In this document: positions 55,228-64,000 of the stretch, piece after piece
Position numbering within the stretch: position 1 is the stretch's first letter
Layout of the letters: each line of letters begins with the position of its first letter
Source of the DNA: an uncultured Acidobacteriota bacterium
GTDB taxonomy: Bacteria; Acidobacteriota; Vicinamibacteria; Vicinamibacterales; Fen-181
Length of the DNA stretch: 64,000 nt
Assembly: GCA_963741715.1 (NCBI GenBank)
Contig: CAVUJA010000002.1
Span: 369,764-433,763 of the forward strand
Reading direction: 5' to 3'
The notes under the pieces: generated by a model
What the model was told of the DNA's origin: nothing
Seen by the model: only the letters and a program-made list of their open reading frames with translations
Databases searched by the model: none
Made by a program: the position numbers and the translations under genes

Positions 55228-55320
55228 CGGGTCCCGTGTCTCGTGGCGACGCACCGCACCGCCCGCTGTGCCGCACTAACCACTAGCCACCACCCGCCGG
55301 CCGCGAGTAGGATTCGGTCC

Positions 55321-56511
55321 GTGAACCTGAGACTCGCCGCGGCGCTCCTGGTCATCCCCGCCTCCATCGCGGTGAGCGGGCCGCACGCCTCCCTTGCCGC
55401 GCAGGCCGGCAGGCCCGCGGGCCCGCCGGCGGCGCAGACCCAGCAGCCCGTCGCCGCCGACGCGGCCGAGCGCGCGCAGAAGCGGATCGAGGCGCTCCAC
55501 CGCGAATCGGAACTGCTCGCCGGGCAGGAGCGGAGCCTGCTGGGCGACGTGCGAAAGCTCGAGGTGGAGCGCGATCTCCGGCTCGAGGAGGCGCGCAGGC
55601 TCGACGCGCAGATGCTCGCCCTCGCGGCACAGGTCGCGGAAACCGGCCGCGAGATCGAGGCGCTCAACAAGTCGATCGAAGAGGCCCGCCCGGGGCTCAA
55701 CGCCCGCCTGGTCGAGGTGTACAAGCTGGGCCGCCCCGGTTACGCGCGGGTGCTGCTGGGCGTTGGCGACATGAGGGAGATCGGCCGCGCCACCCGGATG
55801 GTGTCCGCGCTCGCCCGGATGGACCAGCGGCGGGTTCAGGCGTTCACCGCGTCGATCGCGAGGGTTGCCGCCGCACGACGCTCGCTGGACCAGCAGACGG
55901 TTGCCCTGCAGGCGCTCCGGACAGACGCGCGCAACGCGGCCGACCTTGCGGTCAAGGCGGCCGCCGCGCGCGAGCAGTTCGTGCGCCGCATCGACGAGCA
56001 GCGCGACCTCAACGCGCAGATGGTCGGCGAGCTCGAGGCTGCCACGCAGAAGCTCCAGCGCATGCTCCAGGCGCTGCCGGGCTCCGCGGCCACCGGCGAG
56101 CTGGTGGTTCTTCCCATCAAGCCGTTCCGCGGCGCGCTCGAATGGCCGGTGTCCGGCCGACCCTCGCCGCGCGTCGCCCGCACACCCAGGCTGGGATCCA
56201 CGGGGCAGAACGGCATCGAGATCGCCTCGACCGACGGCGAGCCGGTCCGCGCCGTCCACGACGGCCGGGTGGCATTCGCGGACGTCTTCGCCGGGCTCGG
56301 GCAGCTGGTCATCGTCGATCACGGCGGCATGGCGTTCTCGTTGTACGGCTACCTCGGATCGATGGCCGTCTCCAAGGGCGCGACGGTCTCGCACGGGCAG
56401 ACGCTCGGCACGGCGGGGCGCGGGCCGGCCGGGAACTCTACCGTCTACTTCGAGTTGCGAATCGACGGCAAGCCGGTCGATCCCGTACAATGGTTGAAAC
56501 CAGGCCTCTGA
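55321..56511 (+). CDS. M23 peptidase-domain protein with long coiled coil (EnvC-like murein hydrolase activator)
   Basis: The GTG at 55321 precedes a signal peptide. It has a Q/E/A/L/R-rich coiled coil and a C-terminal LytM domain (GIEIAS...VIVDHGGMAFSLYGYL...YFELRIDGKPVDP). Confidence 0.8.
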   Translation: MNLRLAAALLVIPASIAVSGPHASLAAQAGRPAGPPAAQTQQPVAADAAERAQKRIEALHRESELLAGQERSLLGDVRKLEVERDLRLEEARRLDAQMLALAAQVAETGREIEALNKSIEEARPGLNARLVEVYKLGRPGYARVLLGVGDMREIGRATRMVSALARMDQRRVQAFTASIARVAAARRSLDQQTVALQALRTDARNAADLAVKAAAAREQFVRRIDEQRDLNAQMVGELEAATQKLQRMLQALPGSAATGELVVLPIKPFRGALEWPVSGRPSPRVARTPRLGSTGQNGIEIASTDGEPVRAVHDGRVAFADVFAGLGQLVIVDHGGMAFSLYGYLGSMAVSKGATVSHGQTLGTAGRGPAGNSTVYFELRIDGKPVDPVQWLKPGL

Positions 56512-56547
56512 CGAGAATGAAGGATAAGATTGACAGGTAGCACCTGA

Positions 56548-57706
56548 ATGACTTCTCGCACCCGGCTGATCGTCCTGTTCGTCACCGCGCCCATCCTCGC
56601 GTTCGCCATCATCGGCGGGCTGCTCGGCAAGACCTGGGCGCAGGAAGAGTCGTACCCGCACCTCCGCGTGTTCGACGACGTGGTGTCGCTGATTTCGAGC
56701 AACTACGTCGAGGACGCCGACATGACGAAGGTGATGCGCGGCGCGATGCGCGGCCTTGCCGAGGGGCTCGATCCCGACAGCGCCTATCTTCCGCCCGACG
56801 AGGCCAAGCAGTACCGAGAGCGGCGCCAAGCCGGGGCCGGCGGACCCGGGCATCGAGCTGACGCGCACCTACTACCTGCGGGTCATCGCGGTGCGCGACG
56901 GCTCCCCCGCCGCCGGGGCCGGCCTGCGGGCTGGCGATTTCCTCCGCGCGATCGATGGAAAACCCACGCGCGAGATGTCGGTGTACGAGGGCATGCGGCT
57001 GCTGAAAGGCGCGCCCGGAACGAAGGTCAGCCTGCTGGTGATTCGCGGCAGCGTGGCCGATCCGCACACCGTGGACGTCGAGCGCCAGGTCCCGTCCCTG
57101 CCGGACGTGACGAGCCGCGTCGAGGGCGGCTCGGTCGGGTATCTGCGCATCGCGTCGTTTGGACCGGCGGCCGCGAAGACCGTGGCGTCCGAGGCGGCGG
57201 CGTTGTCGAAGGCCGGCGCGACGTCGCTGCTCGTGGACGTGCGCGACTGCGCCACCGGCCAGTACGAGGCGGGCATCGCCGTCGCCAGGCTGTTCGTCGC
57301 GAAGGGCACGCTCGCGCAGAAGGAGATGCGCGGGGCGGCTCGGCAGACAATCGCCGCCGCACCGGGCGACGGCGCAATCACGCTGCCGACCGCCGTGCTC
57401 GTCAACGACGGCACGTCGGGCGCAGCGGAGCTGTTCGCGGCCGCGTTGGCAGGAAACCAGCGCGCCCGGCTCGTTGGCGAGCACACGGAGGGCCGCGCCG
57501 CGCTGCAGAAGTTCATCCGGCTCCCGGACGGCGCCGCGATGATCGTGTCGAACGGCTGGTATCTCACCCCTTCCGGCGAGCCGATCAACGAGAAGGGCCT
57601 CACGCCCGCGGTGGCGGTCGACGTGCCCGAGATCGAATTCGGCGCCGCGCCGCCCGCGACCGACGCCATCCTGCAGAAGGGCCTCGAGGTTCTCAAGACC
57701 AGGTAG
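56548..57706 (+). pseudogene. ctpA: S41 C-terminal processing peptidase (CtpA-like), interrupted by a +1 (single-nt insertion) frameshift between ~56815 and 56850
   Basis: The N-terminus (ORF 56548.., ...MRGLAEGLDPDSAYLPPDEAKQYRE) and the PDZ plus S41 body (ORF 56756..57706, GIELTRTYYLRVIAVRDGSPAAGAGLRAGD...NDGTSGAAELFAAAL) lie in adjacent frames. The length 1159 nt equals 3n+1. Confidence 0.85.
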
Positions 57707-57791
57707 GCGCGGCTCGTCGCCGCACGTGCCGCCGCGCCGCGCACGGCCTCCGATCTTCCGTCCGCGTCGGGGTCTCCGGCCATCTCATCAC

Positions 57792-57820
57792 TTGACACTG
57801 CGCGACCCGTCGCGTATAAC
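57792..57820 (+). promoter_or_regulatory. sigma70-type promoter for hup (TTGACA-17-TATAAC)
   Basis: TTGACA at 57792-57797, a 17-nt spacer, TATAAC at 57815-57820. It lies about 70 nt upstream of the hup ATG. Confidence 0.5.
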
Positions 57821-57888
57821 CGCTGAGGCGTCCACAGACACGACGTGCCACCGCGACGCGCACCCCGTCGGCCGCCCCAGGAGGAAGA

Positions 57889-58161
57889 ATGAACAAGCAG
57901 GAACTGATCGCGAAGATCGCCAAGGACACCGGCGCGACGAAGGTCGGCGCAGCCGCCGCGCTCGACTCGGTACTGGATGGCATCACCAAGTCGCTGAAGA
58001 AGAAGGAGCCGATCACGTTCGTCGGCTTCGGCACCTTCAAGACCTCCGAGCGGAAGGCGCGCGTGGGGCGCAACCCGCAGACGGGCGCCGAGGTGAAGAT
58101 CCCGAAGCGTCGCGTCGTCCGCTTCACGGCGGGCAAGGCCCTGAAGGCCGCGATCAAGTAG
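57889..58161 (+). CDS. hup: HU family DNA-binding protein
   Basis: MNKQELIAKIAKDTG...FGTFKTSERKARVGRNPQTGAEVKIP is the canonical HU sequence. Confidence 0.93.
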   Translation: MNKQELIAKIAKDTGATKVGAAAALDSVLDGITKSLKKKEPITFVGFGTFKTSERKARVGRNPQTGAEVKIPKRRVVRFTAGKALKAAIK

Positions 58162-58298
58162 CTCGAACGAGGCCGGCACGCAGAGCTTGGCGCGGGCACC
58201 GGCAGCGGCCGCCCGGTCCGCTGTCGGTGACGCAACGAACCGGTTCCCCGCCGGCGGAATGGGGTCGAAGTGGAACCCCGTTTCGCCACAGATGCGCG

Positions 58299-58328
58299 TT
58301 GACGCGCGCTTCAGCCCGCTGCTATACT
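58299..58328 (+). promoter_or_regulatory. candidate promoter for tRNA-Val (TTGACG-18-TATACT)
   Basis: TTGACG at 58299-58304 and TATACT at 58323-58328. It lies about 35 nt upstream of the tRNA 5' end. Confidence 0.45.
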
Positions 58329-58362
58329 GATTGCTTCTGTAAGTCCCGGCTTTTCTTGACTT

Positions 58363-58439
58363 AGGCGCGTAGCTCAGCTGGTTAGAGCGCCTGCTTGACA
58401 CGCAGGAGGTCGGCGGTTCGAGTCCGCCCGTGCCTACCA
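58363..58439 (+). tRNA. tRNA-Val (anticodon GAC), CCA encoded
   Basis: The cloverleaf was folded by hand. The acceptor AGGCGCG pairs with CGTGCCT (one G-U). The D arm is GCTCAGCTGGTTAGAGC. The anticodon stem is CCTGC/GCAGG with loop TTGACAC. The T arm is GGCGG TTCGAGT CCGCC. Confidence 0.92.
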
Positions 58440-58575
58440 CCACGATTCCGTTCTGCGCCGGAGCAATCGGCTGCCAGCTGGACGCGAGTGGCGCACTTGG
58501 GGGAGAGCCGGGGTAACGCCCGGATTCCCGAGTCCTGATGGCTGAAGAGACCTCCCTCGCCTCCTGATCACCCGG

Positions 58576-60501
58576 ATGACTCACGTCACTGTCACGTTGC
58601 CGGACGGATCTCGTCGTGACGTCCCCGCGGGGACCACGGTGCGCGCGCTGATGGCCGACCTGCCGCCGCGGCTGGCGAAGTCTGCCCTCGCGGCCGTCGT
58701 CAACGACCGGGTCGTCGACCTGTCGTTCGCCCTCGATGCCGACGCGACGCTGCGCCTCGTGACCCCGAACGAGCCCGAGGCGCTCGGGCTGTACCGCCAC
58801 AGCGCCGCGCACCTGATGGCCGCCGCCGTCACCGCGCTCTTCCCCGGCGCGCAGTGCGGCATCGGCCCCGCGACCGACGAGGGGTTCTTCTACGACTTCG
58901 TCGTCTCGCGGCCGTTCGTCCCCGAGGACCTGGCGGCGATCGAAGAGAAGATGAAGGAGTTCGCCAGCCGCGACCTCCCGTACGACCGCCGCCTGCTGCC
59001 CAAGGGCGAGGCCAAGCAGTTCTTCGATTGGCGCGGCGAACCGCTGAAGGTGCAGCTGATCGACGAGAAGGGCGGCGAGGTCGTCTCCTGCTACGGCATC
59101 GACGAGGTGTTCCTGGACTTCTGCACGGGACCGCACGTGCCGTCCACGGGCCGGCTGAAGGCGTTCAAGCTGCTCTCGACGTCCAACGCCTACTGGAAGG
59201 GCGACGCCAAGAACCAGCCGATGCAGCGCATCTACGGCACGGCCTTCTTCAGCGACGCCGAACTCAAGGCGTACCTCGACCGGCTCGAGGAGGCGAAGAA
59301 GCGGGACCACCGGAAACTCGGGAAGGAACTCGGCCTGTTCATGTTCCACCCGTGGGCGCCGGGCGAGCCGTTCTGGCTGGCCAAGGGCACCCGCCTGGTG
59401 AACACGCTCGGCAACTACATGCGCGCGATTCTCGAGCCCGAGGGCTACCTCGAGATGCGCACGCCGCTCGTCTTCAACAAGGCGCTGTGGGAGACGTCCG
59501 GGCACTGGGACCACTACCGCGAGAACATGTTCCTGTTCGAGGCGGAGGAGCAGGCGTACGGCCTCAAGCCGATGAACTGCCCGGGCCACATGCTCGTGTT
59601 CGGCAGCGAGGTCCGCAGCTACCGCGACCTGCCCTACCGCATTCACGATCAGAGCGTCCTGCACCGCTACGAGGCGTCGGGCGTGCTCTCGGGCCTCACC
59701 CGCGTGCGCGAGTTCATCATGGACGACGCGCACATCTTCCTCAGCGAGGATCAGATCGGCGAGGAGGCGGAGCGGCTGCTGAAGCTGGTGAGCCGCGTCT
59801 ACACGGACTTCGGCCTCGTCCCGGAGATGAAGCTGGCGACCCGGCCCGAGCAGTACCTGGGCGAGAAGGCCACGTGGGACCACGCCGAGGCGGAGCTGAA
59901 GCGCGCGCTCGAGCGCGCCGGCCAGGGCTACACGATCAACGAGGGCGACGGCGCGTTCTACGGTCCGAAGATCGACTTCGCCGTCACCGACGCGCTGGGC
60001 CGCAAGTGGCAGTGCGCGACCATCCAGCTGGACTACCAGCTGCCCCAGCGCTTCAAGCTGAAGTACATCGGGGCCGACAACGCCGAGCACACGCCGGTCG
60101 TCGTGCACCGCGCGATCTTCGGCAGCCTCGAGCGCTTCATCGCGCTGCTCCTCGAGCACTACGCGGGCGCGCTGCCCCTCTGGTTCGCGCCGCTGCAGGC
60201 GATCGTGCTGCCGATCGCCGATCGGCACCTGGCGTTCGCCGAGAACGTCCGCGGCCGGCTGGCCGCGGCCGGCTTGTTCGTCGAGCTCGACGGCCGCCAG
60301 GAGAAGATCGGGTACAAGATCCGCGAGGCGCAGCTGCAGAAGATCCCCTACATGCTGGTGGTGGGGGACCGCGAGGCCGAGCAGGACGCGGTGTCGGTGC
60401 GCAGCCGCGCGGGCGGCGACCAGGGCAGCCGCTCGGTGGACGGTTTCATCGCGGCCGCGCGCGCGGAGATCGCGCACAAGGGCCGGCAGTCTGTCGGGTA
60501 G
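58576..60501 (+). CDS. thrS: threonine--tRNA ligase
   Basis: It is 641 aa with a TGS domain N-terminus, the editing-domain motif HSAAHLMA and class II core motifs (FRNE-like YRENMF, HRAIFGSLERF). Confidence 0.97.
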   Translation: MTHVTVTLPDGSRRDVPAGTTVRALMADLPPRLAKSALAAVVNDRVVDLSFALDADATLRLVTPNEPEALGLYRHSAAHLMAAAVTALFPGAQCGIGPATDEGFFYDFVVSRPFVPEDLAAIEEKMKEFASRDLPYDRRLLPKGEAKQFFDWRGEPLKVQLIDEKGGEVVSCYGIDEVFLDFCTGPHVPSTGRLKAFKLLSTSNAYWKGDAKNQPMQRIYGTAFFSDAELKAYLDRLEEAKKRDHRKLGKELGLFMFHPWAPGEPFWLAKGTRLVNTLGNYMRAILEPEGYLEMRTPLVFNKALWETSGHWDHYRENMFLFEAEEQAYGLKPMNCPGHMLVFGSEVRSYRDLPYRIHDQSVLHRYEASGVLSGLTRVREFIMDDAHIFLSEDQIGEEAERLLKLVSRVYTDFGLVPEMKLATRPEQYLGEKATWDHAEAELKRALERAGQGYTINEGDGAFYGPKIDFAVTDALGRKWQCATIQLDYQLPQRFKLKYIGADNAEHTPVVVHRAIFGSLERFIALLLEHYAGALPLWFAPLQAIVLPIADRHLAFAENVRGRLAAAGLFVELDGRQEKIGYKIREAQLQKIPYMLVVGDREAEQDAVSVRSRAGGDQGSRSVDGFIAAARAEIAHKGRQSVG

Positions 60502-60525
60502 CCCGAGACATTAGAGGAGGTCCAT

Positions 60526-61113
60526 ATCGCTTTCGATCGCTCCGCTCCACGTCGTGACGACCGCACGAGGATCAACGAACGGATCCGGGTGCGGGAGATT
60601 CGTGTCATCGATGGAGAGGCCCAGCTCGGCATCATGTCGCCGCAGCAGGCCCTCACCATTGCCCGACAGAAGGGCCTGGACCTGGTCGAGGTCGCGCCCA
60701 TGGCGCAGCCGCCGGTCTGCCGCATCATGGACTTCGGCAAGTATCAGTACCAGGAGCAGAAGCGCGCACGCGAGGCACGGAAGCACCAGAAAGTGATCGA
60801 GGTCAAGGAAATCAAGTTCCGGCCCAAGGTGGACGAGCACGACTACCAGTTCAAGAAGGCCCACATCGAGCGCTTCCTGGCCGACGGCGACAAGGTGAAG
60901 GCGACGATCTTCTTCCGCGGGCGCGAGATCGCGCACCCGGAGATCGGCCGCCGGATCCTCGAGCGCCTGATCCAGGAACTCGCCGACGTGGCGGTGCCGG
61001 AATCGATGCCCAGGATGGAGGGCAACACGATGCACACCATCCTCAGCCACAAGCCGGGCAGCAAGCCGCAGGCGCCCAAGCCGGCGCCGCCCGCGGTCCA
61101 GACCGGAACATAG
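60526..61113 (+). CDS. infC: translation initiation factor IF-3, probable non-canonical ATC start
   Basis: The conserved N-terminal [17 protein letters not shown] is encoded in frame upstream of the first GTG (60589). The frame is open from the thrS stop with no ATG, GTG or TTG. ATC at 60526 sits 5 nt after GAGGAGG. Confidence 0.85.
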   Translation: MAFDRSAPRRDDRTRINERIRVREIRVIDGEAQLGIMSPQQALTIARQKGLDLVEVAPMAQPPVCRIMDFGKYQYQEQKRAREARKHQKVIEVKEIKFRPKVDEHDYQFKKAHIERFLADGDKVKATIFFRGREIAHPEIGRRILERLIQELADVAVPESMPRMEGNTMHTILSHKPGSKPQAPKPAPPAVQTGT

Positions 61114-61123
61114 AGGACGAACG

Positions 61124-61321
61124 ATGCCGAAACTCAAGACGCACAGGGGCGCGGCGAAGCGCTTCAAGAAGACCGGGACCGGGAAGTTCAAGCGCAGCAT
61201 GGCCTTCAAGCGCCACCTGCTGTCGAGCAAGACGACGAAGGTGAAGCGCCAGCTGTCGGGCATGGTCGTGGTCTCCGACGCCGACGCGGCCAAGATCAAG
61301 CGGATGCTGCCGTACAAGTAG
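61124..61321 (+). CDS. rpmI: 50S ribosomal protein L35
   Basis: [24 protein letters not shown]. Confidence 0.93.
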   Translation: MPKLKTHRGAAKRFKKTGTGKFKRSMAFKRHLLSSKTTKVKRQLSGMVVVSDADAAKIKRMLPYK

Positions 61322-61332
61322 GAGAAACCGAA

Positions 61333-61701
61333 ATGCCTCGAGTGAAACGCGGAACCGTGCGGCGCGCGAAGCGCAAGAAGCTGCTCGGCCTCGCCAAGGG
61401 TTACTACGCCAGGAAGAGCAAGCTGTACCGCTCCGCCAAGGAAGCGGTCGACACCGCACTGAAATACGCGTTCGTCGGCCGGCGCGACAAGAAGCGCGAG
61501 TTCCGCCGCCTGTGGATCATCCGCATCAACGCCGCCGCGCGCGAGCAGGGGCTCACCTATGGCCAGCTGATTCGCGGGCTGAAGATCGCGGGCGTCGGCC
61601 TCGACCGCCGGGTGCTGGCCGACCTGGCGGTGAAGGAGCCGGCCGCGTTCGCCCGGATTGCCGGCCAGGCGAAGGACGCCCTGGCGGCCCCGGCGCAGTA
61701 G
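61333..61701 (+). CDS. rplT: 50S ribosomal protein L20
   Basis: [33 protein letters not shown]. Confidence 0.95.
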   Translation: MPRVKRGTVRRAKRKKLLGLAKGYYARKSKLYRSAKEAVDTALKYAFVGRRDKKREFRRLWIIRINAAAREQGLTYGQLIRGLKIAGVGLDRRVLADLAVKEPAAFARIAGQAKDALAAPAQ

Positions 61702-61755
61702 AACCCGCAGTTCGGTGGCCCGCTGCGACTCCGCCGGGCCACCGCGCGACGCGTC

Positions 61756-61850
61756 AATGCAAAATGTAGAATGCACAATGCAAAAAGGGTCCCGTCACCC
61801 GCTGCATCCTGCGTTCTCCATTTTGCATTCTGCATTTTGCATTTTGCATT
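61756..61850. repeat. AT-rich heptamer-based inverted repeat (AATGCAN)n / (TGCATTY)n between rplT and pheS
   Basis: Arms 61756-61788 and 61818-61850 are complementary at 29 of 33 positions, with a 29-nt loop. The right arm holds 4-5 tandem TGCATTY units. Confidence 0.85.
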
Positions 61851-61887
61851 CCTCAGGCCGCGTCCGTGAGCGGCCTGCCAGGTCCTG

Positions 61888-62982
61888 ATGCCAGACGCCG
61901 CCGAGATCGAACGCCTCCGGGCCGAGTTCCAGGCCGCGCTCGCCGCTGCGGCCGGCGACCAGGCCCTTCGCGAGGTGCGCGATCGCTTCCTCGCCCGCAA
62001 GGGCGGCGTCGTGGCCTCGCTGATGAAGGCCGTCGCGACCGCCCCGCCGGCCGAACGCCCGCTCCTCGGCACGCTGGCCAACCAGTTCAAGAACGAGATC
62101 GAAACCGCCCTCGATGAGCGGCGCGCGGCGCTCGAGGCGCGCCGGCCCGTCGCCGGCAGCGTGGACATCACCCTGCCCGGCCGCCAGGCGCCGCTCGGGC
62201 ACCTCCACCCGCTGACGCACGTCCGCAACCAGGTCGAGGCGATCTTCAGCCGCATGGGCTACGAGATCCTCGAGGGCCCGGAGATCGAGGACGACTACCA
62301 CAACTTCGAAGCCCTGAACATGCCGCCCGAGCATCCCGCCCGGGACATGCAGGACACCTTCTTCCTCGGGCAGGCGGTCCCGCAGCTGGGTCTCGGCACG
62401 CCGGGCACGCGCGTCAGCACGCGCCCGGCCCCGGCCGACCGGCCCGCGACGCTGCTGCGCACGCACACCTCCGCGATGCAGATCCGCTACATGGAGGCGC
62501 ACGAGCCGCCCGTCCGGATCGTCGCGATCGGCAAGGTGTTCAGGCGCGACAACCCGGACCTCACCCACACGCCGATGTTCCACCAGTTCGAGGGCCTGCT
62601 GGTGGACGAGCGGGTGACGTTCGCCGACCTGAAGGGGACGCTCACCGCGTTCGTGCGCGAGATCTTCGCGCCCGACATCAAGGTGATGTTCCGCCCGAGC
62701 TTCTTCCCCTACACCGAGCCGAGCGCCGAGATGTTCATCGGCTGCGTGTTCTGCGGCGGCGGCGGCTGCCCGGTCTGCAAGCGCACCGGCTGGCTCGAGA
62801 TCCTCGGCTCGGGGATGGTGCATCCGGCCGTGCTGGAGGCGGTCGGCTACGACCCGGAACGCTACACCGGGTTCGCGTTCGGCACCGGGATCGAACGGGT
62901 GGCGATGCTGAAGTACAACGTGGACGACATCAGGCTGTTCTACGAGAACGACCTGCGCTTCCTGGAGCAGTTTTCCTTTTGA
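61888..62982 (+). CDS. pheS: phenylalanine--tRNA ligase alpha subunit
   Basis: Motifs present are HPARDMQDTFF, LLRTHTSAMQIRYM, FRRD and GSGMVHP...FGTGIERVAML. It has a ~25-aa insertion before LLRTHTS. Confidence 0.95.
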   Translation: MPDAAEIERLRAEFQAALAAAAGDQALREVRDRFLARKGGVVASLMKAVATAPPAERPLLGTLANQFKNEIETALDERRAALEARRPVAGSVDITLPGRQAPLGHLHPLTHVRNQVEAIFSRMGYEILEGPEIEDDYHNFEALNMPPEHPARDMQDTFFLGQAVPQLGLGTPGTRVSTRPAPADRPATLLRTHTSAMQIRYMEAHEPPVRIVAIGKVFRRDNPDLTHTPMFHQFEGLLVDERVTFADLKGTLTAFVREIFAPDIKVMFRPSFFPYTEPSAEMFIGCVFCGGGGCPVCKRTGWLEILGSGMVHPAVLEAVGYDPERYTGFAFGTGIERVAMLKYNVDDIRLFYENDLRFLEQFSF

Positions 62983-64000
62983 GAATCCTCGTTTCGTGGC
63001 TCCGTGAGCTGGCTTCCGTCCCGCTGCCGGCCCCTGAACTCGCGTCGCTGCTCTCCATGCGCGGGTTCGAGGTGGCCGGCATCGAGCCTGTCGAGCGCCA
63101 GGCCGAGGCCTCGACGCAACAGGCGGATGCGGTCATCGACTTCGAGATCACCGCGAACCGGCCCGACTGCCTGAGCGTCGTCGGCCTCGCCCGCGAGGCG
63201 GCGACCGCGTGCCGCGTGCCGCTCCGGCTGCCGTGGGACGACGCGGGCCGGCCGATCAGCACGGCCAGGCCGCTGCCCGCGCCGACGCCGTCGGCGCTGG
63301 CCGGAGACGGCCTCGCCGTCACGACCGAAGACGCCGACCTGTGCCCGCGCTATGCCGCGGCCGTGGCCGAGGTGAAGGTTGGGCCGTCGCCCGCATGGCT
63401 GGCCGACCGTCTCACCGCGGCCGGCGTCCGCCCCATCAACAACATCGTGGACGTCACCAACTACGTCCTGGTCGAGATGGGGCACCCGATGCACGCGTTC
63501 GACCTGGAGCGCCTGGCCGGCCGGCAGCTCCGGGCCCGTCGCGCGCGGGCGGGCGAGGAGATACGCACGCTCGACGGCGAGTCGCGCAGGCTCGAGGAGG
63601 GCATGCTGGTCATCGCCGACGCGGTCGCGCCGCAGGCGGTCGCGGGCGTGATGGGCGGCGCCGGGTCCGAGGTCTGGTCCGGCACGAGGCTGGTGGTGTT
63701 CGAGAGCGCGTACTTCAAGCCGGCCTCGGTCCGCCGCACCAGCAAGCGGCTCGGGCTCAAGACGGAAGCGTCGTCGCGATTCGAGCGCGGCACCGACATC
63801 AACGCGCCGCTCGTGGCCCTTGAACGCGCCTCTGCGCTGGTCGAGCAGACCGGCGCCGGCCGCCTGGTCGGCGCCCCGATCGACGTCTACCCCGCGCCGC
63901 GCGGCCCCGTCGAGGTCGCGCTGCGGCGCGCATCGATCGGCCGCCTCCTCGGCACGACGGTGGACGACGCCGAGGTCGTGCGCATCTTCACGGGCCTCGG
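62979..64000 (+). CDS. pheT: phenylalanine--tRNA ligase beta subunit, N-terminal part (continues beyond the window)
   Basis: The TTG at 62979 forms a TTGA overlap with the pheS stop. Manual translation gives (M)RILVSWLRELASVP...FEITANRPDCLSVVGLAREAA...NNIVDVTNYVLVEMGHPMHAFD. Confidence 0.9.
   Translation, partial: MRILVSWLRELASVPLPAPELASLLSMRGFEVAGIEPVERQAEASTQQADAVIDFEITANRPDCLSVVGLAREAATACRVPLRLPWDDAGRPISTARPLPAPTPSALAGDGLAVTTEDADLCPRYAAAVAEVKVGPSPAWLADRLTAAGVRPINNIVDVTNYVLVEMGHPMHAFDLERLAGRQLRARRARAGEEIRTLDGESRRLEEGMLVIADAVAPQAVAGVMGGAGSEVWSGTRLVVFESAYFKPASVRRTSKRLGLKTEASSRFERGTDINAPLVALERASALVEQTGAGRLVGAPIDVYPAPRGPVEVALRRASIGRLLGTTVDDAEVVRIFTGL

Overview
This is a high-GC (roughly 70%) bacterial chromosomal segment. 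Its gene content resembles soil Acidobacteriota- or Gemmatimonadota-type genomes, which is inference from composition and gene families only. All calls come from reading the six-frame translations and the DNA by eye; no BLAST or HMM search was possible.

The window is mostly housekeeping, with about 60 protein genes and one tRNA:
- A divergent lipid/glycan cluster at 1-5855: FAAL, ACP and a flippase-like protein on one strand; NodB deacetylase, GT39-like and GT4 on the other.
- A TonB-dependent-receptor-like outer membrane protein (OMP).
- ackA-pta, a DsbA-like lipoprotein, a VirJ-like hydrolase and udk.
- A complete minus-strand menFDHBAE menaquinone operon.
- An M48 protease and an aminotransferase.
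- One IS1634-like insertion sequence.
- An eight-gene envelope string: hypothetical, lpxD, two M16 peptidases, lpxB, secreted hypothetical, matrixin-like protease, beta-barrel OMP.
- AMMECR1 plus a MEMO-like gene, gatCA, rpoZ and two hsp20 genes.
- A LeuCD-type dehydratase followed by a family III CoA-transferase.
- ymdB, xseAB, ispA, tlyA, nadK, mltG, ruvX, an M23 (EnvC-like) peptidase and a CtpA protease.
- The classical hup / tRNA-Val / thrS-infC-rpmI-rplT-pheST block.

I recognised no rRNA, CRISPR array, or defence or secretion system.

The most unusual signals are not genes:
1. A family of intergenic elements is built from phased 7-nt tandem repeats. The units are GANTCCY, AGTCRRR and TGCATTY. 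They form long hairpins or sit directly against start codons of pta, mltG and pheS, in one case creating a uORF coupled to pta.
2. The IS is inserted exactly into a CTAG shared by the overlapping stop codons of two convergent genes.
3. Three housekeeping genes (pta, gatA, ctpA) each carry a single-nucleotide insertion frameshift.
4. Alternative stem-loops enclose the menA and tlyA start codons.
5. infC appears to start at a non-canonical ATC codon.
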